A DNA stretch of 60,830 nucleotides, counting the filler. It is 7 parts of 7 records of this genome, joined end to end, with 100 filler letters (N's around TTAATTAATTAA, not from the genome) between each part and the next. Parts side by side here need not be neighbours in the genome. Positions count along the whole stretch, not along the records: positions 17,341 to 25,713 come from SRR31156797_16242; positions 25,814 to 33,605 come from SRR31156797_16246; 5 more parts are not named here. One strand, 5' to 3'. Under the pieces are notes generated by a model. The model did no database searches. It was not told the origin of the DNA and saw only the letters and a program-made list of their open reading frames with translations. A program made the translations under genes and the position numbers. This document shows, in pieces, positions 18,853 through 28,615 of the stretch. Position 1 is the first letter of the stretch, and each line of letters starts with the position of its first letter.

Positions 18853-21633
18853 ATGGAATATTCGTTTAGTAAAATAGAGCCTAAGTGGCAGGAAGAGTGG
18901 CGAAAGAATAAAACTTATCATGTTGATGTAAATCACGATAAGCCAAAATTCTACGTATTGGATATGTTTCCTTATCCTTCAGGAGCAGGACTACATGTGG
19001 GTCATCCGTTAGGCTACATTGCATCGGATATTTACTCACGGTACAAACGTCAAAAAGGATTCAACGTATTGCATCCAATGGGATATGATGCCTATGGATT
19101 GCCAGCAGAGCAATATGCCATTCAAACGGGGCAACACCCTGCAGTAACCACTGATAACAATATCACAAGATATCGTGAGCAGTTAGACAAAATCGGATTT
19201 TCATTTGACTGGAATCGTGAAGTACGCACTTGTGATCCTGAATATTACAAATGGACGCAATGGGCATTTATTCAAATGTTCAATCACTGGTTCAACAACG
19301 AAACCCAAAAAGCAGAGCCAATTGCTGAACTTGTTGCTGAATTTGAAAAAAACGGCAATAAAAATATCAATGCTGCTTGTTCACCAACAGAATTTTTCAC
19401 AGCTAAAGAATGGAAAACAAGTGATGAAAAAGCACAGCAGGAAATACTTTTAAACTATCGTATTGCATACTTAGCCGACACTATGGTAAACTGGTGTACT
19501 GAACTTGGAACAGTACTGGCAAATGACGAAGTAAAAGACGGTGTATCCGTTCGTGGTGGTCATCCTGTAGTTCAAAAAACCATGCGCCAATGGTCACTAA
19601 GAGTCAGTGCTTATGCAGAAAGATTGCTTGCCGGATTAGACAAAGTTGACTGGAGTGACTCATTAAAAGAAATTCAACGTAACTGGATTGGGAAAAGTAC
19701 CGGAGCATCCGTTCAGTTTAAAATAGATGGTCACAATCATCAAATTGAAGTATTTACTACACGGCCAGATACACTTTACGGTGCTACTTTTATGGTGATG
19801 GCACCCGAACACGAGTTGGTGCGTGAAATTACTACAAATAAGTATAGTGAAGAGGTAGAAAAATATATAGAGTGGGCCGGAAATCGTAACGAGCGTGAGC
19901 GTATTGCAGATGCAAAAAGCATCACAGGCGTATTCACCGGTGCTTATGGAATTAATCCTATTACCAACGAAAAAATTCCAATCTGGATTGCCGACTATGT
20001 ATTAATGGGCTACGGAACGGGAGCCATTATGGCTGTACCTGGCCATGATAGCCGCGATTTTGCCTTTGCAAAGCATTTTAATCTTCCAATCATACAGGTA
20101 GTAGTAAGTGAAGGTGACCAACCAACCGATCCTGCCACATGGGAAGAATCATATGATTCGAAAGAAGGTAAAATGATCAATTCTGATATCATCAATGATT
20201 TAGATGTAAAAGATGCCATCGAAAAAATTACCAATCACATAGAATCAAAAGGTTTAGGACAGAAAAAAATTAATTATAAACTACGTGATGCCATATTTAG
20301 TCGTCAGCGTTACTGGGGAGAACCATTCCCAATTTATTACAAAGACAATATGCCATACGTATTACATGAAGATAAACTACCATTGGAACTTCCTGATGTA
20401 GATAAATATTTGCCAACAGAAGATGGTCAACCACCATTAGGTAGAGCAAAAAACTGGGCTACAGAAGAAGGTCATCCTTTGGAATTAAATACGATGCCAG
20501 GTTTTGCCGGTTCATCAGCATATTACTTGCGTTATATGGATCCTCGAAACAATAATGCTTTGGTTTCAAAAGAAGCCAATGCGTATTGGCAAGATGTGGA
20601 CCTTTATGTTGGTGGAACTGAGCATGCTACTGGTCACTTGATTTATTCCCGTTTCTGGAATAAATTTCTTTTCGACATCGGTGAAGTAATCAAAGATGAA
20701 CCTTATAAAAAACTGATCAACCAGGGAATGATTCAGGGTCGATCAAACTTTGTGTACAGAGTAAAAGGTGAAAATAAATACGTGTCATATGGATTGAGCA
20801 AGGATTATGATGTAACACCAATTCATGTGGATGTAAATATTGTAGAAAATGACATACTTGATACAGAAGCATTCCGTAACTGGCGACCAGAATTCAAAGA
20901 TGCTGAGTTCATTCTTGAGGATGGTAAATATATTTGCGGTTATGCTGTGGAAAAAATGTCGAAATCGATGTTTAACGTAGTAAATCCAGACATCATCATT
21001 GAAAAATATGGTGCTGATACATTGCGCCTTTACGAAATGTTCCTTGGACCGGTTGAACAAAGTAAACCATGGGATACCAAAGGGATTGATGGTGTACATC
21101 GTTTCTTAAAAAAATTCTGGAGACTGTTTTATGAAGGTGAAAACCTTATCATAAACGATGAAGCTCCAAATGAAAAAGAATTGAAAGTAATCAATAAAAC
21201 CATTCACAAAATTGGCGAAGATATTGAGCGCTTTTCATTCAATACAGCCATTTCAGCTTTCATGATTTGTGTAAACGACCTTCATGATCTGAAATGTCAT
21301 AAAAAAGCTATTCTTGAACCGCTAACCATTATGTTGAGTTCATTTGCACCTCACATGGCAGAAGAATTATGGCATGCGGCAGGAAATTCCTCAACTGTAG
21401 TTGATGCTACTTTCCCATCATACGATGAAAAGTACCTGAAAGAAGACGAAATTGAGTACCCGGTATCATTTAACGGCAAAACCCGTTTCAAATTAATGCT
21501 GCCGGCAGACGCCACAAAAGATGAGATAGAAGCTGCAGTAATGGCTCACGAAAATTCTCAGAAATATTTAGAAGGTAAAACACCGAAAAAAGTCATTATT
21601 GTACCAAAACGTATAATCAATATTGTACTATAA
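18853..21633 (+). CDS. leuS: Leucine--tRNA ligase
   Basis: [14 protein letters not shown] (HIGH), KMSKS and FTTRPDT editing-domain motifs. Confidence 0.98.
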   Translation: MEYSFSKIEPKWQEEWRKNKTYHVDVNHDKPKFYVLDMFPYPSGAGLHVGHPLGYIASDIYSRYKRQKGFNVLHPMGYDAYGLPAEQYAIQTGQHPAVTTDNNITRYREQLDKIGFSFDWNREVRTCDPEYYKWTQWAFIQMFNHWFNNETQKAEPIAELVAEFEKNGNKNINAACSPTEFFTAKEWKTSDEKAQQEILLNYRIAYLADTMVNWCTELGTVLANDEVKDGVSVRGGHPVVQKTMRQWSLRVSAYAERLLAGLDKVDWSDSLKEIQRNWIGKSTGASVQFKIDGHNHQIEVFTTRPDTLYGATFMVMAPEHELVREITTNKYSEEVEKYIEWAGNRNERERIADAKSITGVFTGAYGINPITNEKIPIWIADYVLMGYGTGAIMAVPGHDSRDFAFAKHFNLPIIQVVVSEGDQPTDPATWEESYDSKEGKMINSDIINDLDVKDAIEKITNHIESKGLGQKKINYKLRDAIFSRQRYWGEPFPIYYKDNMPYVLHEDKLPLELPDVDKYLPTEDGQPPLGRAKNWATEEGHPLELNTMPGFAGSSAYYLRYMDPRNNNALVSKEANAYWQDVDLYVGGTEHATGHLIYSRFWNKFLFDIGEVIKDEPYKKLINQGMIQGRSNFVYRVKGENKYVSYGLSKDYDVTPIHVDVNIVENDILDTEAFRNWRPEFKDAEFILEDGKYICGYAVEKMSKSMFNVVNPDIIIEKYGADTLRLYEMFLGPVEQSKPWDTKGIDGVHRFLKKFWRLFYEGENLIINDEAPNEKELKVINKTIHKIGEDIERFSFNTAISAFMICVNDLHDLKCHKKAILEPLTIMLSSFAPHMAEELWHAAGNSSTVVDATFPSYDEKYLKEDEIEYPVSFNGKTRFKLMLPADATKDEIEAAVMAHENSQKYLEGKTPKKVIIVPKRIINIVL

Positions 21634-21749
21634 GTCGCTTTTCGTCAAAATTTTAGCTTGTTAACATATTGTTGAGAAAACAATGCACTTTTTTGCTTGT
21701 TTATCAACAATATTTTAAGACTTTTGCAAAAAAATCAGGTAGGTAAGAA

Positions 21750-22634
21750 ATGTTTAATAGTTTAAAAATCAATACTACACGGCAAGACGTGCTGAAAGAG
21801 ATGCGCAGATGGATAATCATGACATTCGGATTATTCATTAACGCTTTTGCATGGACTGCATTCTTAATCCCCGGCAAAATTATCGGTGGTGGAATTAGTG
21901 GTGTAGCTACATTGATTTACTATATGACTGAAATTCCTGTTGGAATTAGTTTCCTTGTAATTAATATATTATTGGTAATTATTGCCATTAAAATACTAGG
22001 AGCAAGCTTTGGTATAAAGACCATTTTTAGTGTGCTGGTATTAGGAGGATTTTTATCCTTACTTCAAGGAATTATTACGGAACCTCTTGTAGATGATATA
22101 TTCCTATCTGCTGTTTTAGGAGGAGCGCTGGCCGGAGCCGGAGTTGGAATTGTATTCAATCAGGGAGGTAGTACAGGAGGAACCGACATTTTTGCAATGA
22201 TCATCAATAAATATCATAATATAAGTCCTGGAAGGATTATATTATACTTTGATATCGTTATTATTTCATCCAGTTTCTTTGTATTTGACTCAGCTGAAAA
22301 ACTGGTATATGGTTTTGTCACCATGGCCATTGTAGCATGGGCAATCGACATGATGCTGGCTGGAAACAAACAATCCACACAAATATTCATTTTTACAAAA
22401 TATCACGAAGAAGTTGCAAACGAACTAAACGAACGCCTTGGCAGAGGGATGACATTACTCGATGCTGAAGGTTGGTATAGCAGGAAAGCCACTAAAGTAA
22501 TACTTGTGGTTACACGTAAGCACGAGATGCCTCATGTGCTGCGAGTTGTAAAATCAAAAGATCCGGAAGCTTTTGTGTCCGTTGCTTCGGTAATGGGAAC
22601 TTATGGCAAGGGATTTGAAAACATAAGAGGCTAA
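21750..22634 (+). CDS. YitT family membrane protein
   Basis: GGISGVA, GGSTGGTD and C-terminal RG.T...EG.YS / DPEAFV patterns. Confidence 0.9.
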   Translation: MFNSLKINTTRQDVLKEMRRWIIMTFGLFINAFAWTAFLIPGKIIGGGISGVATLIYYMTEIPVGISFLVINILLVIIAIKILGASFGIKTIFSVLVLGGFLSLLQGIITEPLVDDIFLSAVLGGALAGAGVGIVFNQGGSTGGTDIFAMIINKYHNISPGRIILYFDIVIISSSFFVFDSAEKLVYGFVTMAIVAWAIDMMLAGNKQSTQIFIFTKYHEEVANELNERLGRGMTLLDAEGWYSRKATKVILVVTRKHEMPHVLRVVKSKDPEAFVSVASVMGTYGKGFENIRG

Positions 22635-22648
22635 CGAAAATTGAATTT

Positions 22649-24052
22649 ATGAGTAAAAAGTTACTTAGCTTAATAATTTTTATCACCCTTGGAGTAGCAC
22701 TGATAGCTTTTGTGTTTTTCAGTATGCCTTTCGAGGCTCAAAGTAGCACACCAAAAGAAGAAGCTGTTGAAATAAAAGAGCCCAAAATTGAAATGAGATA
22801 TGGCATTGCCGTTGATTCATTTTTAGTATTTGATAATAGAATAAAACGAAATCAAAACTTAGCAGAATTATTACAACCATACAAAGTATCGCCCCAACAA
22901 ATTGATCAAATTGCAAAGCAAAAAGAGATTTTTGATGTGCGATACATGCGTTTCGGTAAAAATTATAGTGTAATCTGCAATAATGACACATCTGCGGCTT
23001 ATTTTATTTATGAGCACACACCAATAGATTATGTGAAGATCAAAATGGGAGACAGTATTATAATGTCATGGGAACAAAAAGAAGTTTCAAAAGTCCGTCG
23101 TATTGCGTCTGGATTTATTGAAACTAACCTTTGGAACGCTATGTTAGATTACGATATTGATCCGATGATGTCCATTGAACTTTCTGAAATCTATGCCTGG
23201 AGTATTGACTTTTTTGGGTTGAAAAAAGGAGATCACTTCTCCGTAATTTATGAAGAACAATATGTGGATACCGTGCGCGTTGGAATCGGAAAAATTCACT
23301 CTGCCGTTTTCAATCATAGTAATAAAGATTTTTACGCCATTTCTTTTAAACAAGATAGCGTTGAAAGCTTTTTTGACAGTACCGGAGGATCATTAAGAAG
23401 AGCATTCTTGAAAGCGCCATTACGTTACAGCCGCATTTCTTCAGGATTTTCATACAATAGACTGCATCCTGTATTAAAGATTTATCGACCACACACTGGT
23501 ATAGACTATGCTGCTCCTACCGGAACTCCTGTACATACTGTAGGTGATGGTATCGTGGTGGCGAAAAAATACACTCGACAGGGTGGTCGTATGGTAAAAA
23601 TTAAGCATAACAGCGTATATACAACCGGGTATTTACATTTATCAAGGTATGGTAAAGATATCAAGGTAGGTGAACACGTTCAGCAAGGGCAGATAATTGG
23701 TTATGTAGGATCTAGTGGTTTAGCCACAGGGCCACACCTTGATTTCCGCTTTTGGAGAAATGGAAAACCCATTGACCCGCTAAAAGTAGAATCACCGCCG
23801 GTTGAGCCAATTAAAAAAGTGAACCGCGAAGAATACGAGCGTATCCGTGACAATATGATTGAAGAGCTTCAAAAAGCTGATGAAGAATTACACAAAATAA
23901 ATCCTGTTTTAGCTCAAACAATCAAAAGGAAACGAGCTAAAGACCATGAGATTATGGATATGATAGCTCGTTACGAATACCGCAGCAAAAACATTGATTT
24001 CCCAGATCAACCCTACACGATGCCGGGAAATAGCGAATGGAGATTACAATAA
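22649..24052 (+). CDS. M23 family peptidoglycan DD-endopeptidase (MepM-like)
   Basis: N-terminal TM helix, HTGIDYAAP, YLHLS and TGPHLDF motifs. Confidence 0.92.
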   Translation: MSKKLLSLIIFITLGVALIAFVFFSMPFEAQSSTPKEEAVEIKEPKIEMRYGIAVDSFLVFDNRIKRNQNLAELLQPYKVSPQQIDQIAKQKEIFDVRYMRFGKNYSVICNNDTSAAYFIYEHTPIDYVKIKMGDSIIMSWEQKEVSKVRRIASGFIETNLWNAMLDYDIDPMMSIELSEIYAWSIDFFGLKKGDHFSVIYEEQYVDTVRVGIGKIHSAVFNHSNKDFYAISFKQDSVESFFDSTGGSLRRAFLKAPLRYSRISSGFSYNRLHPVLKIYRPHTGIDYAAPTGTPVHTVGDGIVVAKKYTRQGGRMVKIKHNSVYTTGYLHLSRYGKDIKVGEHVQQGQIIGYVGSSGLATGPHLDFRFWRNGKPIDPLKVESPPVEPIKKVNREEYERIRDNMIEELQKADEELHKINPVLAQTIKRKRAKDHEIMDMIARYEYRSKNIDFPDQPYTMPGNSEWRLQ

Positions 24053-24076
24053 TAAAAAACATCAGAATACAAATTA

Positions 24077-24111
24077 CAAATCCCAAATAGAACAATGCTA
24101 TTTGGGATTTT
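24077..24111 (+). terminator. Rho-independent terminator
   Basis: AAATCCCAAATAG-loop-CTATTTGGGATTTT after the M23 gene. Confidence 0.75.
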
Positions 24112-24156
24112 CTCTTTCAAAAAACTATCTTTAGCATTCATTCTTATTTCTAAAAA

Positions 24157-25644
24157 ATGAAACAAGCAATCCTGATTTTTTTATTATCATTTCAATTCAT
24201 AGTAAATGGGCAAGATTACCAACAAACATTAACTTCTATAGCGGATGACAACAACCTGGTTGGAATGTCTGTATTAGTTATGTGCAACGACTCAGAAAGC
24301 CATGTTTTCAATTATGGTTTTTCAGATATATCTAACGAAAAACCTATTTCAGAACGCACCTATTATCGTATTGCTTCCATATCAAAAACCATATCGGCCA
24401 CTGCACTAATGCAGCTATATGAAAATGGTTACTTCGATATTGATGATGATATAAACGATTATCTGGACTTTAGCATTATACATCCAGATTATCCAGATAG
24501 AACGATTACATTCGAACACCTTTTATCACACACATCAGGATTACAAGATGGTTCGGGATATAATAATTTTTTATCGGCAAGTTACAATCAAACGCCTCCT
24601 CCACACATTTCTGAGCTACTAACCACTTCCGGGAATTATTATACCAATGATATGTTTCATAGCCATCAACCCGGCAGTTATTTTACTTATAGCAACATCA
24701 ATTACGGACTAATAGGAACGCTAATTGAACAAATTAGTGGCCAAAGATTCGACCTTTATGTACGTGACTCTATTCTAATACCATTAGGCATTACGGGAAG
24801 CTTTAATATTGACCATATTTCAGATATAGAAAATGTAGCAGTGCTCTACAGAAATGGTAATCCACAAGCAGATAATTACCAGGGCGTTCATCCCACACCT
24901 TTTGACTCTGCTTCATACACAATTGGAACCAATGGTGTAATTTTCGCACCACAAGGAGGATTACGCATTACCACAGGTGACTTAGGGAAATTTATGGCTA
25001 TGCACGCCAATAATGGAACTTTCTCAAATATTGAAATATTAAAACCTGAAACAGCAGAATTGATGCACACGCCCGTTTGGACCTATAATGGTTCAAATGG
25101 CAATAATTACTATAACCTATTTAACAGTTGGGGACTAGGAGTTCAAATAACGACCAATACCTACGAAGGAGATATTGTAATACCTGAAACTGCCATGATC
25201 GGCCATGCTGGGGAGGCATATGGACTTATAAGCGATATGTATTTCGAAAAAGAAAAGCAATTTGGGGTAATTTTCATTACAAATGGCTATTACAGTGGCG
25301 GATACAGTTTTGGCAACAACTCAGCATTTTACATTCCGGAAGAAGAAACCTTTGCAGCAGTCAATCAATATCAATACGGAGACTGTGATACTATGAGCAA
25401 TTCGATTCACCAAATCATAAAAAATGAAAAACTGATTTGGTACGATTTTACTAACAACATCATTGGAGTTAAAGATGATAGCCCAAAAGGACAAATAGAA
25501 ATCTACAACAATGCTGGCCAAAAAGTCTGGAGTGAAATGATTAGGACTAATCAAATACAACTTACAAAATTCGAAAAAGGATTATATATCATCCGGTATT
25601 TAAACGCAACGATAAATACAACAATTAAGATTGTGATAGATTAG
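24157..25644 (+). CDS. Serine hydrolase (beta-lactamase/AmpC-like) with a T9SS C-terminal sorting domain
   Basis: Signal peptide, ASISK (SxxK), LLSHTSGL, YSN and GHAG motifs. C-terminal IEIYN..GQKV...GLYII...KIVI. Confidence 0.85.
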   Translation: MKQAILIFLLSFQFIVNGQDYQQTLTSIADDNNLVGMSVLVMCNDSESHVFNYGFSDISNEKPISERTYYRIASISKTISATALMQLYENGYFDIDDDINDYLDFSIIHPDYPDRTITFEHLLSHTSGLQDGSGYNNFLSASYNQTPPPHISELLTTSGNYYTNDMFHSHQPGSYFTYSNINYGLIGTLIEQISGQRFDLYVRDSILIPLGITGSFNIDHISDIENVAVLYRNGNPQADNYQGVHPTPFDSASYTIGTNGVIFAPQGGLRITTGDLGKFMAMHANNGTFSNIEILKPETAELMHTPVWTYNGSNGNNYYNLFNSWGLGVQITTNTYEGDIVIPETAMIGHAGEAYGLISDMYFEKEKQFGVIFITNGYYSGGYSFGNNSAFYIPEEETFAAVNQYQYGDCDTMSNSIHQIIKNEKLIWYDFTNNIIGVKDDSPKGQIEIYNNAGQKVWSEMIRTNQIQLTKFEKGLYIIRYLNATINTTIKIVID

Positions 25645-25656
25645 AATAAATTTTTA

Positions 25657-25713
25657 AAAATCCCCCAAATCCGTTTAATCCGCGTTCCATTAAAAAAGAT
25701 TTAGAACACGGAT
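25657..25713. repeat. Bacteroidetes-type ATCCG repeat/REP-like remnant at the contig end
   Basis: AAATCCGTTTAATCCGCGTTCC ... GAACACGGAT inverted arrangement. The contig breaks inside it. Confidence 0.45.
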
Positions 25714-25813
25714 NNNNNNNNNNNNNNNNNNNNNNNNNNNNNNNNNNNNNNNNNNNNTTAATTAATTAANNNNNNNNNNNNNNNNNNNNNNNNNNNNNNN
25801 NNNNNNNNNNNNN
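25714..25813. other. Artificial contig spacer
   Basis: N44-TTAATTAATTAA-N44. Confidence 0.98.
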
Positions 25814-26230
25814 ACCCATAAATATTTTTTCCAGCAATTCATTTGAAAGTTTGAGGTTTTCAACACCAGGAAGGTTATAGGCAATAACAACAGCACCAAG
25901 TACAGTTGGGATATGAACAACCTCGCCGGACATTTCTGCCAGTTTTTCGTCATCGAGATAAGCATCGGTAGCACCGAAATCAACTACTTTATCGGTTAAG
26001 CTACGAATTCCACCACCCGAGCCAATTCCTCCATAAGTAAGGAGTGTTCCGGTTTCGCTTGTATAAGCTTTAAAAACCATGTTGTAGTATGGCATTGGGA
26101 ATGTTGCACCGGCGGCGGTTAACGCCATTTTTTTTGCATCGGCAGATTTTTCATCGTCGGTATTTTTTGGTGAGTTATTGCATGATGCAAAAACCACGGC
26201 CACCAATACTATTGTCAAAAACTTTTTCAT
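25814..26230 (-). CDS. pstS: Phosphate ABC transporter substrate-binding lipoprotein (3' partial)
   Basis: Lipobox FASC, plus AGATFP, GSGGG and VDFGATD motifs. Confidence 0.92.
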
Positions 26231-26247
26231 TTTCTAATCTTTTTTGT

Positions 26248-27234
26248 TTAAAATTTTATCTCACAATTTAAATACAGATAAGTTATGTTTGGTGCAGCAT
26301 CGTTGGCTGTATCCCACATTCTAAAGTTTGGAGCCAGTTTTACTCCTTTTACAGGAGAAAATTCGAGACCGGCCATAAATAACTGACCATCTTTATTAAG
26401 TTGCCAGGCTTCATCTTCACCATCGAGAGTAGCAGAAGCAAGGTTGTCATATCGGGCAAAAAGTTTTACATTTTCCGATGCTTTATACGTGGCAAAAAAC
26501 GAAGTTCCGTAAACATCGTGTCCTTCTGCCATTCCGAAATTTTTCTGATAATTATATTCTCCGGCTACTGTTAATTTATCGCCGGTATATGCCAGAAAAG
26601 TTGCCAACGATTGTTGTTTCACTTCGTCTCCAGTTATATCTCCAAAAACTCTGGCAGTAATATCTTCAACTGGTTTTATGGTTACACCTGCACCCGGACG
26701 CAACAGTTTGTCGCTTTGAAGTTTTTTATACCCCTCGCCGTTTATTACCGAAAAATCGGCACTTATGAAATCAGAAAATTCATATGAAAGATTAAAACCA
26801 AGATCGGCACTCGAATTAAACTTATAAGCATCCTGAAATGATTTTTCGATATAACGATATCCCCAAATTTTTTCTGATACTTTAAACTGCGTAGTGGAAA
26901 TTAATCCGAATGATGCAGTAAAATTATTCTTTTTATACTGGAAATATGCATTTTTCAGATAGGCTGCCATTTCATGTTTTCCGGCCGCCGGATTACCTAC
27001 ATCAAGTACTGTTTTTGCGTACCATTCTTTACTGAAATTATATTCATACCCTAAATAAGCACGGGTAATTTCGAAGGCAGGCATTGTTTCACCATCAGAA
27101 AAACTGGTATGGAAATTTGTAAATATCAATGCTAATGGTTTGCCATTCGGTTTAAACTCAGAAGATTCATCCTGACTAAAAGCTATTGCATTCATGCCTA
27201 GCACGACAAACAATAACAAAATTGTTTTTTTCAT
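26248..27234 (-). CDS. Outer-membrane porin, probably phosphate-selective
   Basis: Signal peptide, FEITRAYLGY beta-barrel pattern and terminal Phe. Directly upstream of pstS. Confidence 0.75.
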   Translation of the reverse strand: MKKTILLLFVVLGMNAIAFSQDESSEFKPNGKPLALIFTNFHTSFSDGETMPAFEITRAYLGYEYNFSKEWYAKTVLDVGNPAAGKHEMAAYLKNAYFQYKKNNFTASFGLISTTQFKVSEKIWGYRYIEKSFQDAYKFNSSADLGFNLSYEFSDFISADFSVINGEGYKKLQSDKLLRPGAGVTIKPVEDITARVFGDITGDEVKQQSLATFLAYTGDKLTVAGEYNYQKNFGMAEGHDVYGTSFFATYKASENVKLFARYDNLASATLDGEDEAWQLNKDGQLFMAGLEFSPVKGVKLAPNFRMWDTANDAAPNITYLYLNCEIKF

Positions 27235-27269
27235 TACACTTAAGATTGAATTTTTATTTTTTTCATGGG

Positions 27270-27327
27270 CAAAGGTGTTTCAATGAGATTACACTGGAAT
27301 TAATAAAATGTTACAAAACGATTAAAT
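27270..27327 (-). promoter_or_regulatory. Porin-pstS promoter with four 11-bp-spaced Pho-box-like hexamers
   Basis: -7 element CACCTTTG (minus strand, 27277-27270). TTACAC, TTAATA, TTACAA and TTAAAT at 27289, 27300, 27311 and 27322. Confidence 0.6.
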
Positions 27328-27400
27328 TTTTATTCATCTTTGTATTAAACTCCTCAAATTAAAGCGATTACATCGTACTAATTTTTGTAACAAAAATGTA

Positions 27401-27428
27401 ACAAAAAAAGCCGGACAACTTGCCCGGC
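27401..27428 (-). terminator. Terminator after the phytase gene (copy 1 of a 28-bp direct repeat)
   Basis: On the minus strand, GCCGGGCAAGTTGTCCGGC hairpin followed by T7. Confidence 0.85.
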
Positions 27429-27451
27429 CTGAATTCTTTTTTGTAATATGC

Positions 27452-28543
27452 TTACTGTGGAAACTGGCCAATTATTTTTTCTACATCCTCCCAGGAAACA
27501 ATTTTAAAGTTCTGACTTTTCTTTTTCCCATCATCATAATTATAACCATCCTGAACCACTAAGAATCCTTTTGGGAAACCCGGCAATGAGACATTTGTTA
27601 AATCAATTCCATCAGTTTCTTCAGCGCCATCGACTACTCCTTCAGCAATCTTAAAGCTACCAAGGTATTTATTATCACCCTGACGTTCAAAAACAGCATA
27701 TGAATAGTTACCTTGAGATGATGCAAGTAAATATCCATTCCCGTTTCCAGAATTATAAATAGCCAGACCTTCAATATCGTATTTAATATTTGGATTCTCC
27801 TCTGAACTGTTTTTTATAAAAGTTCCTTCCGGAATATTATCAGGCTCAGCATCAAATTTCCATATTCCACCTATCTCTTCGCCAATATAAAGCATTGCTT
27901 CTTCATCGTCAACCACCATTCCTTCAGTTTGTGTTTTAAGGGAAAAAGATCGTACCAGCTTTGCATCGATTTTACTCTGGTTATTAAATAATTCCCATTG
28001 TTCTACTTCCCCGGCTTTACTATTTAAAAAAACAAAATATTTATTGGTGATTTTGCTATGATACATAGCAAGGCCATAAACATCGTCTGTCATAAATGAT
28101 TTAATGCTCCTGGAATGAATTGTGTCGAGTTTCCCGTCAGAATAAATTCTAAACAGTGAGATAGAATTAGAAGTACGATTAGAAGCTGCAAGTATATCTA
28201 CAGAATCGGCGTTTATCGGATAATTATATCGAAGATCACAATTGTTCATATTTCCGGAAGAATAATAGTGAAGTTCATTTCCATGAAGATCGTAGGTAGC
28301 TAACCCTCCTTTTTTATCGGTTCCTAAAACAAATGATTTTTCAGTATTTTCGAAATTTATCCAAATAGCAGGATCATCAGCAGAATCTTCATTTTTTTTC
28401 TGAGGAACAGGTAATGTTTCCACTACCGCTGAAACAACATATTTAATATTATTTCCTGCTATTTTTGATCCTTCGCTGGGGCGATTACATGCGAATGCAA
28501 TTACTAAAAAAATAATACTTAACAGAACAATACCAATTTTCAT
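27452..28543 (-). CDS. Beta-propeller phytase (lipoprotein)
   Basis: Lipobox AFAC, plus DDPAIW, GTDKKGGL, QTEG, DIEGL, SSQG, ETDG and VVQDG motifs. Confidence 0.93.
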   Translation of the reverse strand: MKIGIVLLSIIFLVIAFACNRPSEGSKIAGNNIKYVVSAVVETLPVPQKKNEDSADDPAIWINFENTEKSFVLGTDKKGGLATYDLHGNELHYYSSGNMNNCDLRYNYPINADSVDILAASNRTSNSISLFRIYSDGKLDTIHSRSIKSFMTDDVYGLAMYHSKITNKYFVFLNSKAGEVEQWELFNNQSKIDAKLVRSFSLKTQTEGMVVDDEEAMLYIGEEIGGIWKFDAEPDNIPEGTFIKNSSEENPNIKYDIEGLAIYNSGNGNGYLLASSQGNYSYAVFERQGDNKYLGSFKIAEGVVDGAEETDGIDLTNVSLPGFPKGFLVVQDGYNYDDGKKKSQNFKIVSWEDVEKIIGQFPQ

Positions 28544-28615
28544 ATAATTCTAATTTAAAAACCGGAAAGCTCAAATTGTTCAACCATCCTGGTTTATTAC
28601 TAATGTACTTTTTTT

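Noticed and set aside
21662..21717. Imperfect long hairpin after leuS as an ncRNA or T-box
   Set aside because: It is AT-rich, lies downstream of the gene and has no T-box motif. More likely a terminator or promoter-region feature.
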